Below are positions 11,359 to 22,868 of a stretch of DNA of 64,000 bases, piece by piece. Origin of the DNA: Patellaria atrata CBS 101060. Its lineage: Eukaryota. The stretch covers positions 248,001 to 312,000 of the forward strand of contig MU006104.1 in NCBI GenBank assembly GCA_010093705.1, written 5' to 3'. Every line of letters begins with the position of its first letter. The stretch's first letter is position 1. The position numbers and the translations under genes were made by a program. The notes under the pieces are model-generated. The model saw nothing but the letters and a program-made list of their open reading frames with translations, made no database searches and was not told the origin of the DNA.

Positions 11359-13166
11359 ATGTTTCTCTCATTTCTTTTCTCGCCCTATTCACTTTTATCC
11401 GCTCTTCTCCTTTACTATCTCCTACCGTACCTGCGGAATTGGGCGATCAAAGATATCCCCGCACCGTTTCCGGCAGCATGGTCGAACTTGTGGCTGCTTT
11501 GGCAATGTCGGCAGGGTAGGAGGTATAAAAGCATGGATGAAGCACATAGGAAGTATGGGAAGTTAGTAAGGATACAACCGAACCATGTCAGTATCGCGGA
11601 TCCGAATGCTATCCAGATCATATATGGCCATGGTAATGGGTTTTTAAAGAGGTTTGTCGTACTCCTATGCTTACCCCCTTAGTTCCAGTCTTTGTATCCT
11701 AGTTAACGGATCTATAGTGAATACTATGATGCCTTCGTGTCGATCCAACGAGGTCTTTTCAACACTCGTGACCGAGCGGAACATACACGCAAACGGAAGA
11801 TGGTCTCCCATACATTCAGCACGAAGTCCATAGGCCAGTTCGAGCAATACATGCATCAGAACCTCGAGGACTTCGTGCGTCAATGGGACCGACTTGCCGA
11901 GAAAGCTTTATCTGAGGATAAGGGCTACGTCAAATTTGACGCCCTGCATTGGTTCAACTATCTAGCCTTCGACATTATTGGGGATCTCGCTTTTGGTGCC
12001 CCTTTCGGGATGATCAAAGCGGGCGAGGATGTCGCAGAAGTCAGAGTGAAGCCGGATAGTCCGCCGACGTTTGCACCCGCAATCGAGGTGTTGAACCGAA
12101 GGGGTGAGGTATCGGGGTAAGTCAACTTCTCCCTTTCCCTTCACCTCTTTGCAGCACTGTAGACATATAGACCTAACTTATCCAGAACCCTTGGCTGTCT
12201 CCCCGCCCTCAAACCCTACGCGAAATACCTCCCTGACCCCTTCTTCTCTAAGGGCATTGCCGCTGTTGAGAACCTTGCCGGTATCGCTGTGGCGCGTGTG
12301 AACCAGCGCCTTGCAGCCGGCGACTGTGTAGATCGGGTGGATCTACTCGCTCGCCTCATGGAAGGACGGGATGAGAAAGGCGAGAAACTAGGTCGTGCTG
12401 AACTCACCGCGGAGGCGCTGACCCAGCTCATCGCCGGCAGCGATACGACGAGTAACACGAGCTGTGCGCTGCTGTTCTGGGTCTTGCGGACCGAAGGAGT
12501 CGTAGAAAAGCTACAGAAGGAGCTCGATGCAGCTATTCCCGAGCACGTTGAAGTTCCGGACTATGATATGGTTAAGAATCTGCCTTAGTAAGTAGTTCTA
12601 TCTATTTGATTAGCATACTGGGGTATGAGTTGAAGAACCTAACTAACATCACTAAGCCTAGATGCCGTGATCAAAGAAACAATGCGCATCCACTCAACGT
12701 CCTCCCTCGGCCTCCCCCGCGTTGTTCCCCCAGGACAAGGCATCCATCTCTGTGGCCACTACTTTCCTCGATCCACCGTCCTGTCCGTACCTGCTTACAC
12801 CATCCACCATTCCAAACAGATCTGGGGCCCCGACGCCGATGACTTCAATCCCGATCGCTGGTTCGAGGCCACACAGAAGCAGAAGGTGAAAATTTCCCGT
12901 TTCACACATCCACTAATACACTTCTGTTCCTAGAGACAGTACGTTCTAACATGTGATAGGATGCCTTCATCCCCTTCTCTTACGGTCCGCGTGCCTGTGT
13001 CGGCCGCAACGTCGCTGAGATGGAACTCGCACTCATCGTCGCAACCGTGTTCCGCCGGTATGAGTTCTTAAAGTACCAGGAGGAGATGGAGACGCGGGAG
13101 GGATTCTTGCGGAAACCGCTCGGGCTAATTGTTGGGATGAAACGAAGGGTAGCGGGGTGGTGGTGA
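11359..13166 (+). CDS. bphA: Cytochrome P450 CYP53 family, benzoate 4-monooxygenase; 5 exons
   Basis: IYGHGNGFLKSEYYDAF, GLFNTRDRAEHTRKRKMVSHTFS, AEALTQLIAGSDTTSNT (I-helix), KETMR (ExxR) and FSYGPRACVG (heme Cys). Introns at 11652-11717, 12117-12185, 12588-12656 (AAG acceptor) and 12886-12959. Confidence 0.95.
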
Positions 13167-16100
13167 GGACTGAATTTATATAGAAATCAGTTCGGGTCTA
13201 GTGAGGACGTAGAGAGACTTCGATGAGAACTGATATTAATGAAGGTCATGCATCATCTTGTAGCCCAGGATCGCATCAGGGACGATCGTCGGGTTAGCTA
13301 GACAATTGTTTGAGCATAATAGTAATGAAAGCGCATGCGCAGTCGGCATAATATAAGATACAGTTAGCGGCAAAGAGTCCCAATCACCGCAAATATTGTG
13401 ACCGCAGGTTACGCGTTAAGAAGCACGCATACCAGCCGATACCACGTATGGATAGCACATCAACCGCGTGTACAGTCCAAGCACACAATTCCACTATATC
13501 AATAGGAACATCTTTCCCTCCTAGAGACATGGTTGGCCGTAGTGTTTGGTTCGACTCTTCATCAACGTGGAAAATTAAACAATTCTTGTTCTCCAATTTC
13601 CCTGAGAGCCTCCCTTGAAAAGGTGAAAAAGGGCTGGGTGTTCTGGTTAATCGCTCCATGCGAGCTTGCTTTCACAGTTCAGGGTTCCACAGAATAGCGC
13701 TTCCTAGACAGGGAATTAAGGAAATCTTGTATCTTATATTTTGCAATTTGTCCTCAGATAATTCCATGGATTGAAGCGCAGGAAGAAAGGTTAAGAAGTG
13801 GCTTGAAAAGAGATTCTAAGAGAGAGCTTTGAGCGTATGATCATCAGGACAAAATAAGTAGTTACTACCACATTGAGCGCTCTTCTCACCACTTTCTGTA
13901 CGTTGAAATACTGACAGCTGTTAATATGTTAAGATATGTAGGACTCGACTCCCCTGAATGATGCAACAAGGAAATCGTCAATGGTGCACCATATCAGACG
14001 TCTTATAGTCGGTTTACCAGGGAGAAAAACGGCAACGTGCATGTCCGTGGAGACACATGTGCACTCTGAAGCCGCGAGCTATACGGAGATCGTCTAAGCG
14101 CAAGCAGTGGTCGGCTCACTACTATCGGCCCGTCGGTCGTTAGGATACAAGAGGTTGTGGTGGTGGGATTGCACGACGGAAGCACAGCGCGAGGTCGGCC
14201 AGACACGAGATATTTCCCAGCATGAACAAAACTCCGAGGAAAATTGGGTACTGGAAATTGAAATGTGGATGGGAGAGGCACCGCCTTGAAAGCCAGCCAA
14301 GAACATCACACCAGATCTACAGCAAGCTTCCACGAACGATGGCTCTGTGCTTATCGTCTCCGGCAATACCTTCCATGTCGCTAGAAGCGTGGAAAATCGG
14401 TTCTGTGTCTTTGTTACAGATGCACATGCACATCTAGACCTTATATACCGCTAATTGACGGTAGTTGTAGCTGACTTCCCTACACGTCATCTCCGCCATG
14501 GTCATGTTCGTCTTGTTTCTTGATTTGTACAAAGTAATTTCTGAAAGCTGTAGCGATATTGTCAACAGTAAACGTGTTATACGGCATGAAAAACGGTTTG
14601 TGTGTTGTGTCATACCATCTAAGAGGAAGGTGTCTAAATCCCGCGGTAGCCCGCGGTTGAATATAGCAGCATAAGCTAGGTCACTGGACGTTGACAACAC
14701 CATGGATGGAGCTTTATGATTACGTATTTTGTTGAGGAGACCCCAACTAGCAAGTATAGAAGTGGTTTCTACGGTAGAAATGGGAGCGGCGTGCTCGTGA
14801 AACCTTGCGAGAGTACATAGGGTGCACCGGGAACCAAGATAAGGGCCGTCTAATACTTTTCAGTTCTATGAGGAGACTCAGGTGCAAACGTTGCACTTGA
14901 ATATCGAGGCGTCTGTTATCAGGGGTGGCTATCGTTTGACCTATAACGATGCAGAAGATTCCGTAAAGGATGCACTTTCAAAAGAGGCTTCGCAGATAGA
15001 GAACACCGAGTTGTGTGACGTTGCAGATCTGGGCTAAGGCGTCGCCGTTCATACCCGGTCAGCGGATCAGGTCTCATTCAAGTGTCAATTGAAAGGTACG
15101 ACTCCAAATGATATGCCTAAACGTCATACAGTGCCCACCGGGAGAAGAGGGTGCAGGTGGCCCTTCGGGATCTGAATCTGATGTCGAACTTCCAGCGTAT
15201 CTGTGAAATATTTCCAGCAATCGATTCGAAACTTTGGATTTCTCTAACTTTGCATATAATCCGTGTAGAAGTGAAAGCATACTGACAGCAGGAAAACCTT
15301 CTGTGGTCGCTGAGATTGACTCGCAGTCTAGAAATAAACGAGAAATAATCCTGCGCTTCTTTTCGTCCTTCATGTCTGCAACTTGGACGCGTGCTATTAT
15401 AATGTCCTTCCTAGCTCTTGCAGTTACATCTGGTCAATGTCTTTGGTCTTACCTAGAGGAAAAGGAGGTTTATCATTGGATTCAAACCTTCATTATCCTT
15501 GATCCCTTTTAAACTGACATGCATAAAGAGCACCAAAATATGAATTGGTTGCGAATAAGGGTGTGTGGTCTCAATATCAAGGGATATCCCCGAGCGCGTG
15601 TAACAGACAAATCTTCAGAATACTCGATAGCCGGTTAATTCACTTACTATGAAAAAGGGAGAGGCGCATTGTGAATTTTGAGCGATGAACGAACCTGTAA
15701 CGGCTCCATACGTTGTGTGATGTCAGATGCGATTGATAGCTGCAGTGCTCTCATCCTAGTAGCGGGTGGCGCGGCCAGCAAGAGTCAAAAAGTCACCTGG
15801 GTGATACGAGACCTTGCATCTTCCGCAAGGGGAAAGCATGATAGAGTTCTTCTCGCGGTAGAACGGCGAAGTAGACTGCACAGACACAGAGTGCTTTGAA
15901 TCTTCTACCGGGTTAGGTTAATACAGGTATGCTACATGTTCTCGGAAGTATTCTGATGGAAAACTAGCGGTAGACCTCTAGATATTGGAAATGATTTCAA
16001 GACTAATTCAGAATAACTTTTCGAAACCTATAATGAGATAGGTCCTGTTTTGCATAAGAGATACGGCGGCTCCTTTCCAGATACGTCCTTAGGTACGCCC

Positions 16101-18552
16101 TAGGACAAAATGGATAGGTACCTTCTTCAATCGGAAAAGATTCCAATCTTGGCCAGAGGATGGAGAGCAGCCCCGTGCAAAGCAGTTGATACCCGTATCT
16201 GTTATGGGTAGGGTAGAAACAAGGACGTTTCGCAAGGAGCGTGATCTGAACATTTCTCATCTGTCGGCTCAATTATTGAAACCGATTTGGGCTGCCTTGA
16301 CGGAAGACGGTCGATGTTCCAGTCGTCGATCTCACGTTTGAGCGCGTGGAAGTAGGGAAGTGTAAAGTGTAAAGTGTTTTGGCTGTAAGAGTGTTTGGGC
16401 AGGGGATTTAAGCAGGAGGCCAGCGTTTCGGTACTGCAAGGACTAGCAGCAACCAAAGTCAAATATGATAGACGTTATTGATATCAGATCGCGCAATAAT
16501 AATATAGATCAAAGGCGAAGTACTCCGCAATCTATACGGTATTGATCAATGATTGAAGGGCCGTGAGGGCCTAGCGAGAGCCACGAGGTGTTCGGATACA
16601 CCCCGCGGCCCAGAAGCCAGAACTGGCCAAGACGGAAGATAAACCATGTCAGCTCATCAGGCATTTTTCTTGAAACATAGAAAATAAGCTAGGCTGAGCT
16701 GCGAAAAAAACCGCTTTCGATAGCCTTGTGGTGTTGGTGGGTGAGGTGAGCCTGGTGAGGTGGGCGCTCAAGGAACAGGTAAAGGTAAGCCCGATTGAAG
16801 AGTTTCAGGCCGTCCACGCCGTCCTGCTTGTTCGCTGACTCTCGGCGCAAAAAGGAGGACGACCCGGATGGCACACTAGGAAAGTTAGGAAAGCCCAAAA
16901 AGAGCTCTCTTAGCCGCTGGTACATAATTGTCCGGTTGGTGGGACTTCAGACCTCCCGGATGCAATCATGAAGCGTTTACTTGCTGCTTCTCTTGTCATG
17001 TCATCCTCTCCATCACGAAGAAGAGGGTCGGGAAGGAAACTGGAATTGCGCAGGAATTGCTCCTTTTATCTGGACTTTGAAACTTTGCAACCGGATAGCT
17101 GGATCGGGTTTATGATATACTGTAACTTACTGTAAGGTAGGGACTTGTTAGAGAGTACGGGAGCTTACCCTAGAACTACCTTAGCCTAGCATGCTGTTAG
17201 CCAGCTCCGGCTAGGACTACTGGATGAAATGGATAATAAAGTTGTTGCATTATTACTTTACCTTACAGTACGGGAAGTAAGGTATAGCAGCGATCTGCTA
17301 AGAGATTCGATGTGAACGATTTACCACGTGTCGTCGGGCAAGCAGCGGGAGATGGTTTGCTTGTGAGAGCGTGGCGGGACCACCTTTTCCTGCACCTTTG
17401 GGCGCCGTTATTGGACGCGCCTTCCCATCTGGAGCGGCGATCCCCCAACTTGCCCGCCCCCAGCACCCCTTGACTTTTTGTCTAGCCTCCTCACCTACCT
17501 TACCACTCACTTATCGACGACAGCTCGCTGCTGAGCTTTTCCTGTCCCTTCAACGCAACCCCCCCTTTCCCTAACTATCCCCAACTTTTTCACGGTTCTG
17601 TACCGGACCACAAGCCTTTGAGCAACGAGGCCATATCAAGGGAACACACAGTTACACCTGACCTGCCCGGACTCACGTTTCCCTTGGTCTGCCGTCCTAT
17701 CACTCGACTTCTAACAATCCGATCTTCTGGTTCGCCTGAGTCGTCTATGCAAGGCACGACTTTTCATTTGCTCGATTCAGCCGGCCAGAGAGACGAAAGA
17801 CACAAGTAGAAGCTCTTCTCCGCCTGCCCTCCAACCTCAGGAACATGCCCTCGCCGTTATTGACCATTGTTAACCGCTGATTTGTCTTACGGGAGAGACC
17901 TTTAGGTTGTCTCTGTTCTTGACCCTTACTTACACTCATCCCCCTCCCGTCTTCTCTCTCTATCATTGCACTGTGTCGCCCGTGACCCGCCCCGTCTGGA
18001 CTGGGCTTTGTCTGTGGAACGAAGTGAAAAACGCCACGACACTTTCCAGAAATTGTCACCTCGATTGACATTCCTAACAGCTTGTGAAATCTTGTCGCCT
18101 TCTTCTGAAAGATCTTGCCGTGCCGTTGACTGAGCAAGGATCCCTGTATTGTTACTTCTGGGACGACATTTCCACGAAGAATCTTCCTTGGACCAAACTT
18201 AACATCAACAATCCTTTTCCACCGCGATTTTATGGATGGTAATTAGTTTATCAACCGTCCACGAACTTTCATTTGGGTCCGACTAGCTCATCTCTCGGAA
18301 GACTTTGCGCCGCTTTAAGAATTGGAATCTAGGACGATCTAGCTCCATACTGAACCAAATGTTCATTTCCCACTACTTTCTATCTCGGACTAGTCTGGAC
18401 TTCAATTGAACCTCTTATCCATCGATTTATTCTTCCGACCTCTACGGATCGCATCAACTTTGACAAATCCTCTTTTTCTTAGTTCCCTAGATTCTACCCG
18501 ATTTGGGACTCACGGGAAAGTGTCAGCTCTGATTAAGACCCACCCAGCTCAG

Positions 18553-18617
18553 GTGAGTACCTGCCTCATGTGCCTGACCGACGTGAATGAGGTTTAATGC
18601 TAACTTTTCTTTAATAG
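18553..18617 (+). other. 5'-UTR intron of the bHLH gene
   Basis: CAG|GTGAGT donor, GCTAAC branch site, pyrimidine tract and TAG acceptor, ending 104 nt before the ATG at 18722. Confidence 0.7.
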
Positions 18618-18721
18618 TATACCCTTTTGATCACCTTACTGGAACTTGATCTTCTTTGAAGCCTATTCATTCCATTTCTTCATCTACCTGACTTCTCCTT
18701 GGGCCTTCCTGGCAGATTCAC

Positions 18722-20470
18722 ATGGTTTCATTCCCATCCAGTATGCAGTCCACTCTTGTCAGTGACCGGAGGCCTCCGGTCAGCTTGCCTCACAGTCAAT
18801 CTTTACCACCCATTGCTTCCCTAACCGGACCGCTGCCCGACCATTCTCCTACTCAGCAAAGGCATCAACCTGATTTGCGCGATTCTGGTAATTGGTCGAC
18901 GTCTCAGAGTAAACGTGAGCCTTACCTCTAATTCGCTCCCGAAGTTATTTTTTTTTTTGTCAAACCTTTCTGGTTGCACTGTTTTCATCGCAATGATTCG
19001 TCCATTTAACATCAGAAGCAAGAAGTACGAAAAGAGTGAAACTTCTAATAAGATATCGAACAGATTCATCGGGGGTATCAAATACCACTGGACTCCAACT
19101 TCAGACTATACTCAATTCGTCGGAAGAATCCCCTAAAAACATACCAGATACGCCTCAATCGACAAGATACTCTGCGCATCAGGTACGTGACGATATGTCC
19201 CAATGGATTGACTTTCGAAACTGATTATCAAATTCAAGAATGCTCTTCCATCCTTGAATCAGAGTTTTGACCCCAATAGACAAAGCTTAGGGGCAGAATC
19301 TTTCCAGGATTCTCGACGAAGCAGTGTCGATAGCCGCATGAATGCTGGTATGAACCACTTGGCAATCAGTCCTGCATCCCCATATGAGAGCCAGAACGCT
19401 TCACGAGTCTCACTGGTATCTACTTTGCAACAACAACGTGGAATTGTAGATCAACGATCAAATGGCACCACTCCTCTTTCCCCACTTGGAAATCGGACAG
19501 GACCAAGACCACCCATCTCCCGTCAAGCACCGGTCATTCATCCTGTCCCAAGGAATGTTTCTGGAGCTCCCGATCCTATGGCTGCAGCTCCGACCAAAGG
19601 TTATGCTTGGGCTTTCCCTGATGACTTCGACAGCCGTCGAAGATCCAGTAGTGGAGATTCAAGCGCAGATAAGCCTTCCAGATCTCGTCAGGGCAGCTTT
19701 GCGGCATCCGTAAACAGTAGCATCTACACCACAGACTCTGCTCTTCCGCCTGGGCAGAAAAGATTTGACGATGGTAGGTAAACGCGCTCATTAAAATTTC
19801 TAAGGAAAATCTAATCGATTACCAGAGCTATCCCACACTCACCATCATTCCATGCAACATCGCTCGGTGACCAATCTCCAAAGTGATCTGCAATCCAGTG
19901 CAACTGGTGGCAACTATAGCCGTACTCCGGAGTTACGTGTCAGTCATAAGATGGCGGAACGCAAACGACGGAGTGAGATGAAGTCCTTATTCGACGAATT
20001 GAACGGAATTCTCCCGAATTCACCTGGAAGTAAATCTAGCAAATGGGAAATTCTTACTAAATGTACGAAAACCCTTTCTTACCCGATTTGGACAAGTACT
20101 GACTCGCACAGCAATCGAATACATCCGTAGTCTTGGTAAATCTTACGAAGCAACGAGAGCAGAAAACCAGAGGCTGCGCCCAGACGCCGATTATGCTCGA
20201 AAAGTGCACGAGGAGAATGAGCTCTTAAAAAACGAAGTCGTGACTTTGTGGCAACAGTTGAGACGACTGGATCCAACAAATGGTCACGTGTATGGAAACT
20301 TCACGTCTATGCTAGCACAGCAGCCTGGCCCAAACCCTAGCATCCCTCACAGCATCCTTCCACCTCTGCCTCCTCCCACTGCGCCGCCCAATTGGCAACA
20401 ACAACCGCCACCCTCATCAGCTATGCAGGGTGTAGAGTTTGGCGGAGGCCGATCTTATGATCACCGTTAA
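18722..20470 (+). CDS. devR: bHLH transcription factor, DevR/Hpa3 (Esc1/CHC-1-like); 5 coding exons
   Basis: YSRTPELRVSHKMAERKRRSEMKSLFDEL...KSSKWEILTKSIEYIRSL bHLH domain, plus RRSSVDSRMN and PTKGYAWAFPD blocks. Introns at 18915-19063, 19183-19238, 19774-19825 and 20063-20111 give one continuous frame. Confidence 0.85.
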
Positions 20471-21533
20471 CATTACCGTACATACGCCATTTCATAAACT
20501 CTAACACGTTATACCATGTACCATTACTTAACTTCCATTGTCATGTTTTCCACTGTGGTATTTGTCCGAAGTCATAGTTTCGATGCTATAGCAATTTATA
20601 CGCTCGAATCCATGCGTTCCTCTCTGCACTGGATCCCTGTTCCCGGCTTCAACTACCTTAACATACTTACGGATGTGTTTGTTTCGTTTTTATGTGCGTT
20701 TTCAAATTCTCTCATCTGTTTTGATTTCCACTGGAGGGGGAGGGAGGTTCCGTCTACAAAATCAATTTTTGACTCATTTCATATATCCTGGGTGGCAAGC
20801 TGGAATGGGGCGGGTGAGCTATGGCAGCGCACAACCGCGATGATGATCAAATGTTCTGAGATGGCACTCAGTTGTTGTGCCCTTAAAGACTTACGACGCT
20901 TCTCAGGTTCGGCGGGGATTAAGAGTGTTTGGCTAGTCGTCTTACACTTAATGCGCCACTTATCAAAATACTAGTAGTAGATACTAGAACTAATTAGATA
21001 TTTTCAAGGCTTACTTCAGTTCTACTTCGTCAATTACTATAACCCAGTCGAGTCGCCACCTTGTGAAGCTTTGTTCCCTGATCCACGTAAAGAAATTACA
21101 GAAAAAGGCAGTCTCACTTTATTGAAAATAAGACGCAACTCGCTGTACTCCTTGCTTAGGGTACAGTTGTCTAAGAATGGATAAGTAGCACTTGAGAGGG
21201 GTTCGTCCGCGTTCCCCTGAGAGCCTTGCAGCACTTGTTCATTCTGTACGCGATATGCTTAATATCACCTCACATGACCTGTGAGATACGTTTTGAGTTA
21301 TATCTACCACAGGTATACTCTATTATAATTAAGTTAAAAAAAAGATGTACGATAAGCTACTTGATAAGGTAGTTGTGACGTTGAATCTTATATGGTCCGT
21401 GCACTACCTTCCTTTATACCCGAAGACATAAATAGAAGTCCGCGATATCTCTTCAACCTACTCTCACCTTTCTGAGTTGATCGAAAGACAACTCCTTCAT
21501 TACACTCATGCAGGTTTTATCGAAGGAAGTACC

Positions 21534-22538
21534 ATGGAACCATCGTTAGAGTGGCAGCTGCCGAATACGATAGCAGCTCCTCACAAACTTCCCGATTACA
21601 CCCTTCGCTCTTCCTCACCTCAACCGACAATCCCAATGACAAGGAAACAACTAGCTCATTCCCCGCACCGGGATCTGCAGGAATCGCACCTACTCAAACT
21701 TCCCCAGGAGCTCCGCGATCTCGTCCTCGAATACGTTCTATCCGATCCAATAGCCACACCAAGGCATCAACGGACCGTTTTTGCCAGCGAGCGCGGAGAC
21801 CTAGCTCGCTATAACGGCAGCATCACCTCCTTGCTGCAATTTATGGATGTTCCACTTTTGCATACGTGCCATCAGATCGCAAGAGAAGGGCTCCGGATAC
21901 TCTTCCAGCGCACGACCATTGTATTCATCTGCGGGCCGAAAGTGCAACTCGACATCCTGAGAGACATGCCCGATGATCTGCACCACGCGCTGCGCAACAT
22001 GGAGATCAGCTGGAGCATGATGCCGCGGGATCTGAAGTACCGGCTCGACGATCTGGTAGAAGAGGAGTTAATCCCTTTGTTCGGGTTCGTACGGCAGAAC
22101 ATGCGGCTGCGGAATTTGACCGTTTCGCTACAATATCTAGCGCTCTCCTCGGGGAACATGGTGAAGAGGTTCAAGAGCGGGATACCACCGCAGACCAGAT
22201 ATCAGGTATATCTAGCGCGGGAGGCGCTGAAGATGCTGCTCCGTGGACAGTTGGAGACGCTGGTGATAAGGTATGAGCCGTTCAATGCGTGGGCTATTCT
22301 CCAGCCGAAGGTTCAGGTTCTGGATATGGCTGCTATAGATCCGAGAATGTGGGTTCTTGATCATTACGAGGCCTTGTCGGCTCTTCAATACGAGATTCGC
22401 GCTGTGGATGAGGTCTGGAAGGACTTTGATCTGACGCTGCTCGTCGAGAAGGTCGAGATTGAGCCGTGGCATCGTAGCAATATGGATACCAACATCGGTT
22501 TGGAACTGGTGATCACACTAGCATTAGGGAAAGTATGA
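21534..22538 (+). CDS. Hypothetical protein with an F-box-like (DUF7730/2EXR-like) N-terminal motif
   Basis: Single-exon ORF from ACCATGG. SHLLKLPQELRDLVLEYVL and PLLHTCHQIAREGLRILFQ match the LPxElR...LLxTCxQIxxE signature of these fungal families. Confidence 0.75.
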   Translation: MEPSLEWQLPNTIAAPHKLPDYTLRSSSPQPTIPMTRKQLAHSPHRDLQESHLLKLPQELRDLVLEYVLSDPIATPRHQRTVFASERGDLARYNGSITSLLQFMDVPLLHTCHQIAREGLRILFQRTTIVFICGPKVQLDILRDMPDDLHHALRNMEISWSMMPRDLKYRLDDLVEEELIPLFGFVRQNMRLRNLTVSLQYLALSSGNMVKRFKSGIPPQTRYQVYLAREALKMLLRGQLETLVIRYEPFNAWAILQPKVQVLDMAAIDPRMWVLDHYEALSALQYEIRAVDEVWKDFDLTLLVEKVEIEPWHRSNMDTNIGLELVITLALGKV

Positions 22539-22868
22539 AAGTCTCATCTAGGCCGAACCTACAGTAATCTCAAGCATATACTGCATCGAACATGGTCGGT
22601 CTTTCACTTCGTTCTTTAAAGCATAATTGCGTAACTTCTGCTCAAATTTCCACCTTGCAATAAATGTATAAGGCTGGAGTACGCTTCGTCCACCTCGGCC
22701 TCATGGCCCTCGTCGATGAAAGGAGCGGGGGATTTTGCCTTGCATGTCTTAAAACCCAACCGAGCGTCACTGTAAGCTACTACTTTTCTTCCTCACCTTT
22801 CCTCTATACCTCTCAGAGTCGGGAAACCGAACTTGATCTGAGTATCACCCTTCCTCACCTGCGACGGT

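Noticed and set aside
17325..17330. CACGTG E-box upstream of the bHLH gene (possible autoregulation)
   Set aside because: One 6-mer is expected about every 4 kb, and several others occur elsewhere in the window.
8549..20470. Possible secondary-metabolite cluster around the P450, dioxygenase and transcription factor
   Set aside because: CYP53, AlkB and DevR are widespread stand-alone genes, and no PKS, NRPS or terpene synthase is present.
22664..22868. ATG at 22664 as the start of a 256-aa protein
   Set aside because: Its 5' part is out of frame with the true NLR N-terminus at 22869; only the portion after the ~22999 frameshift is real coding relic.
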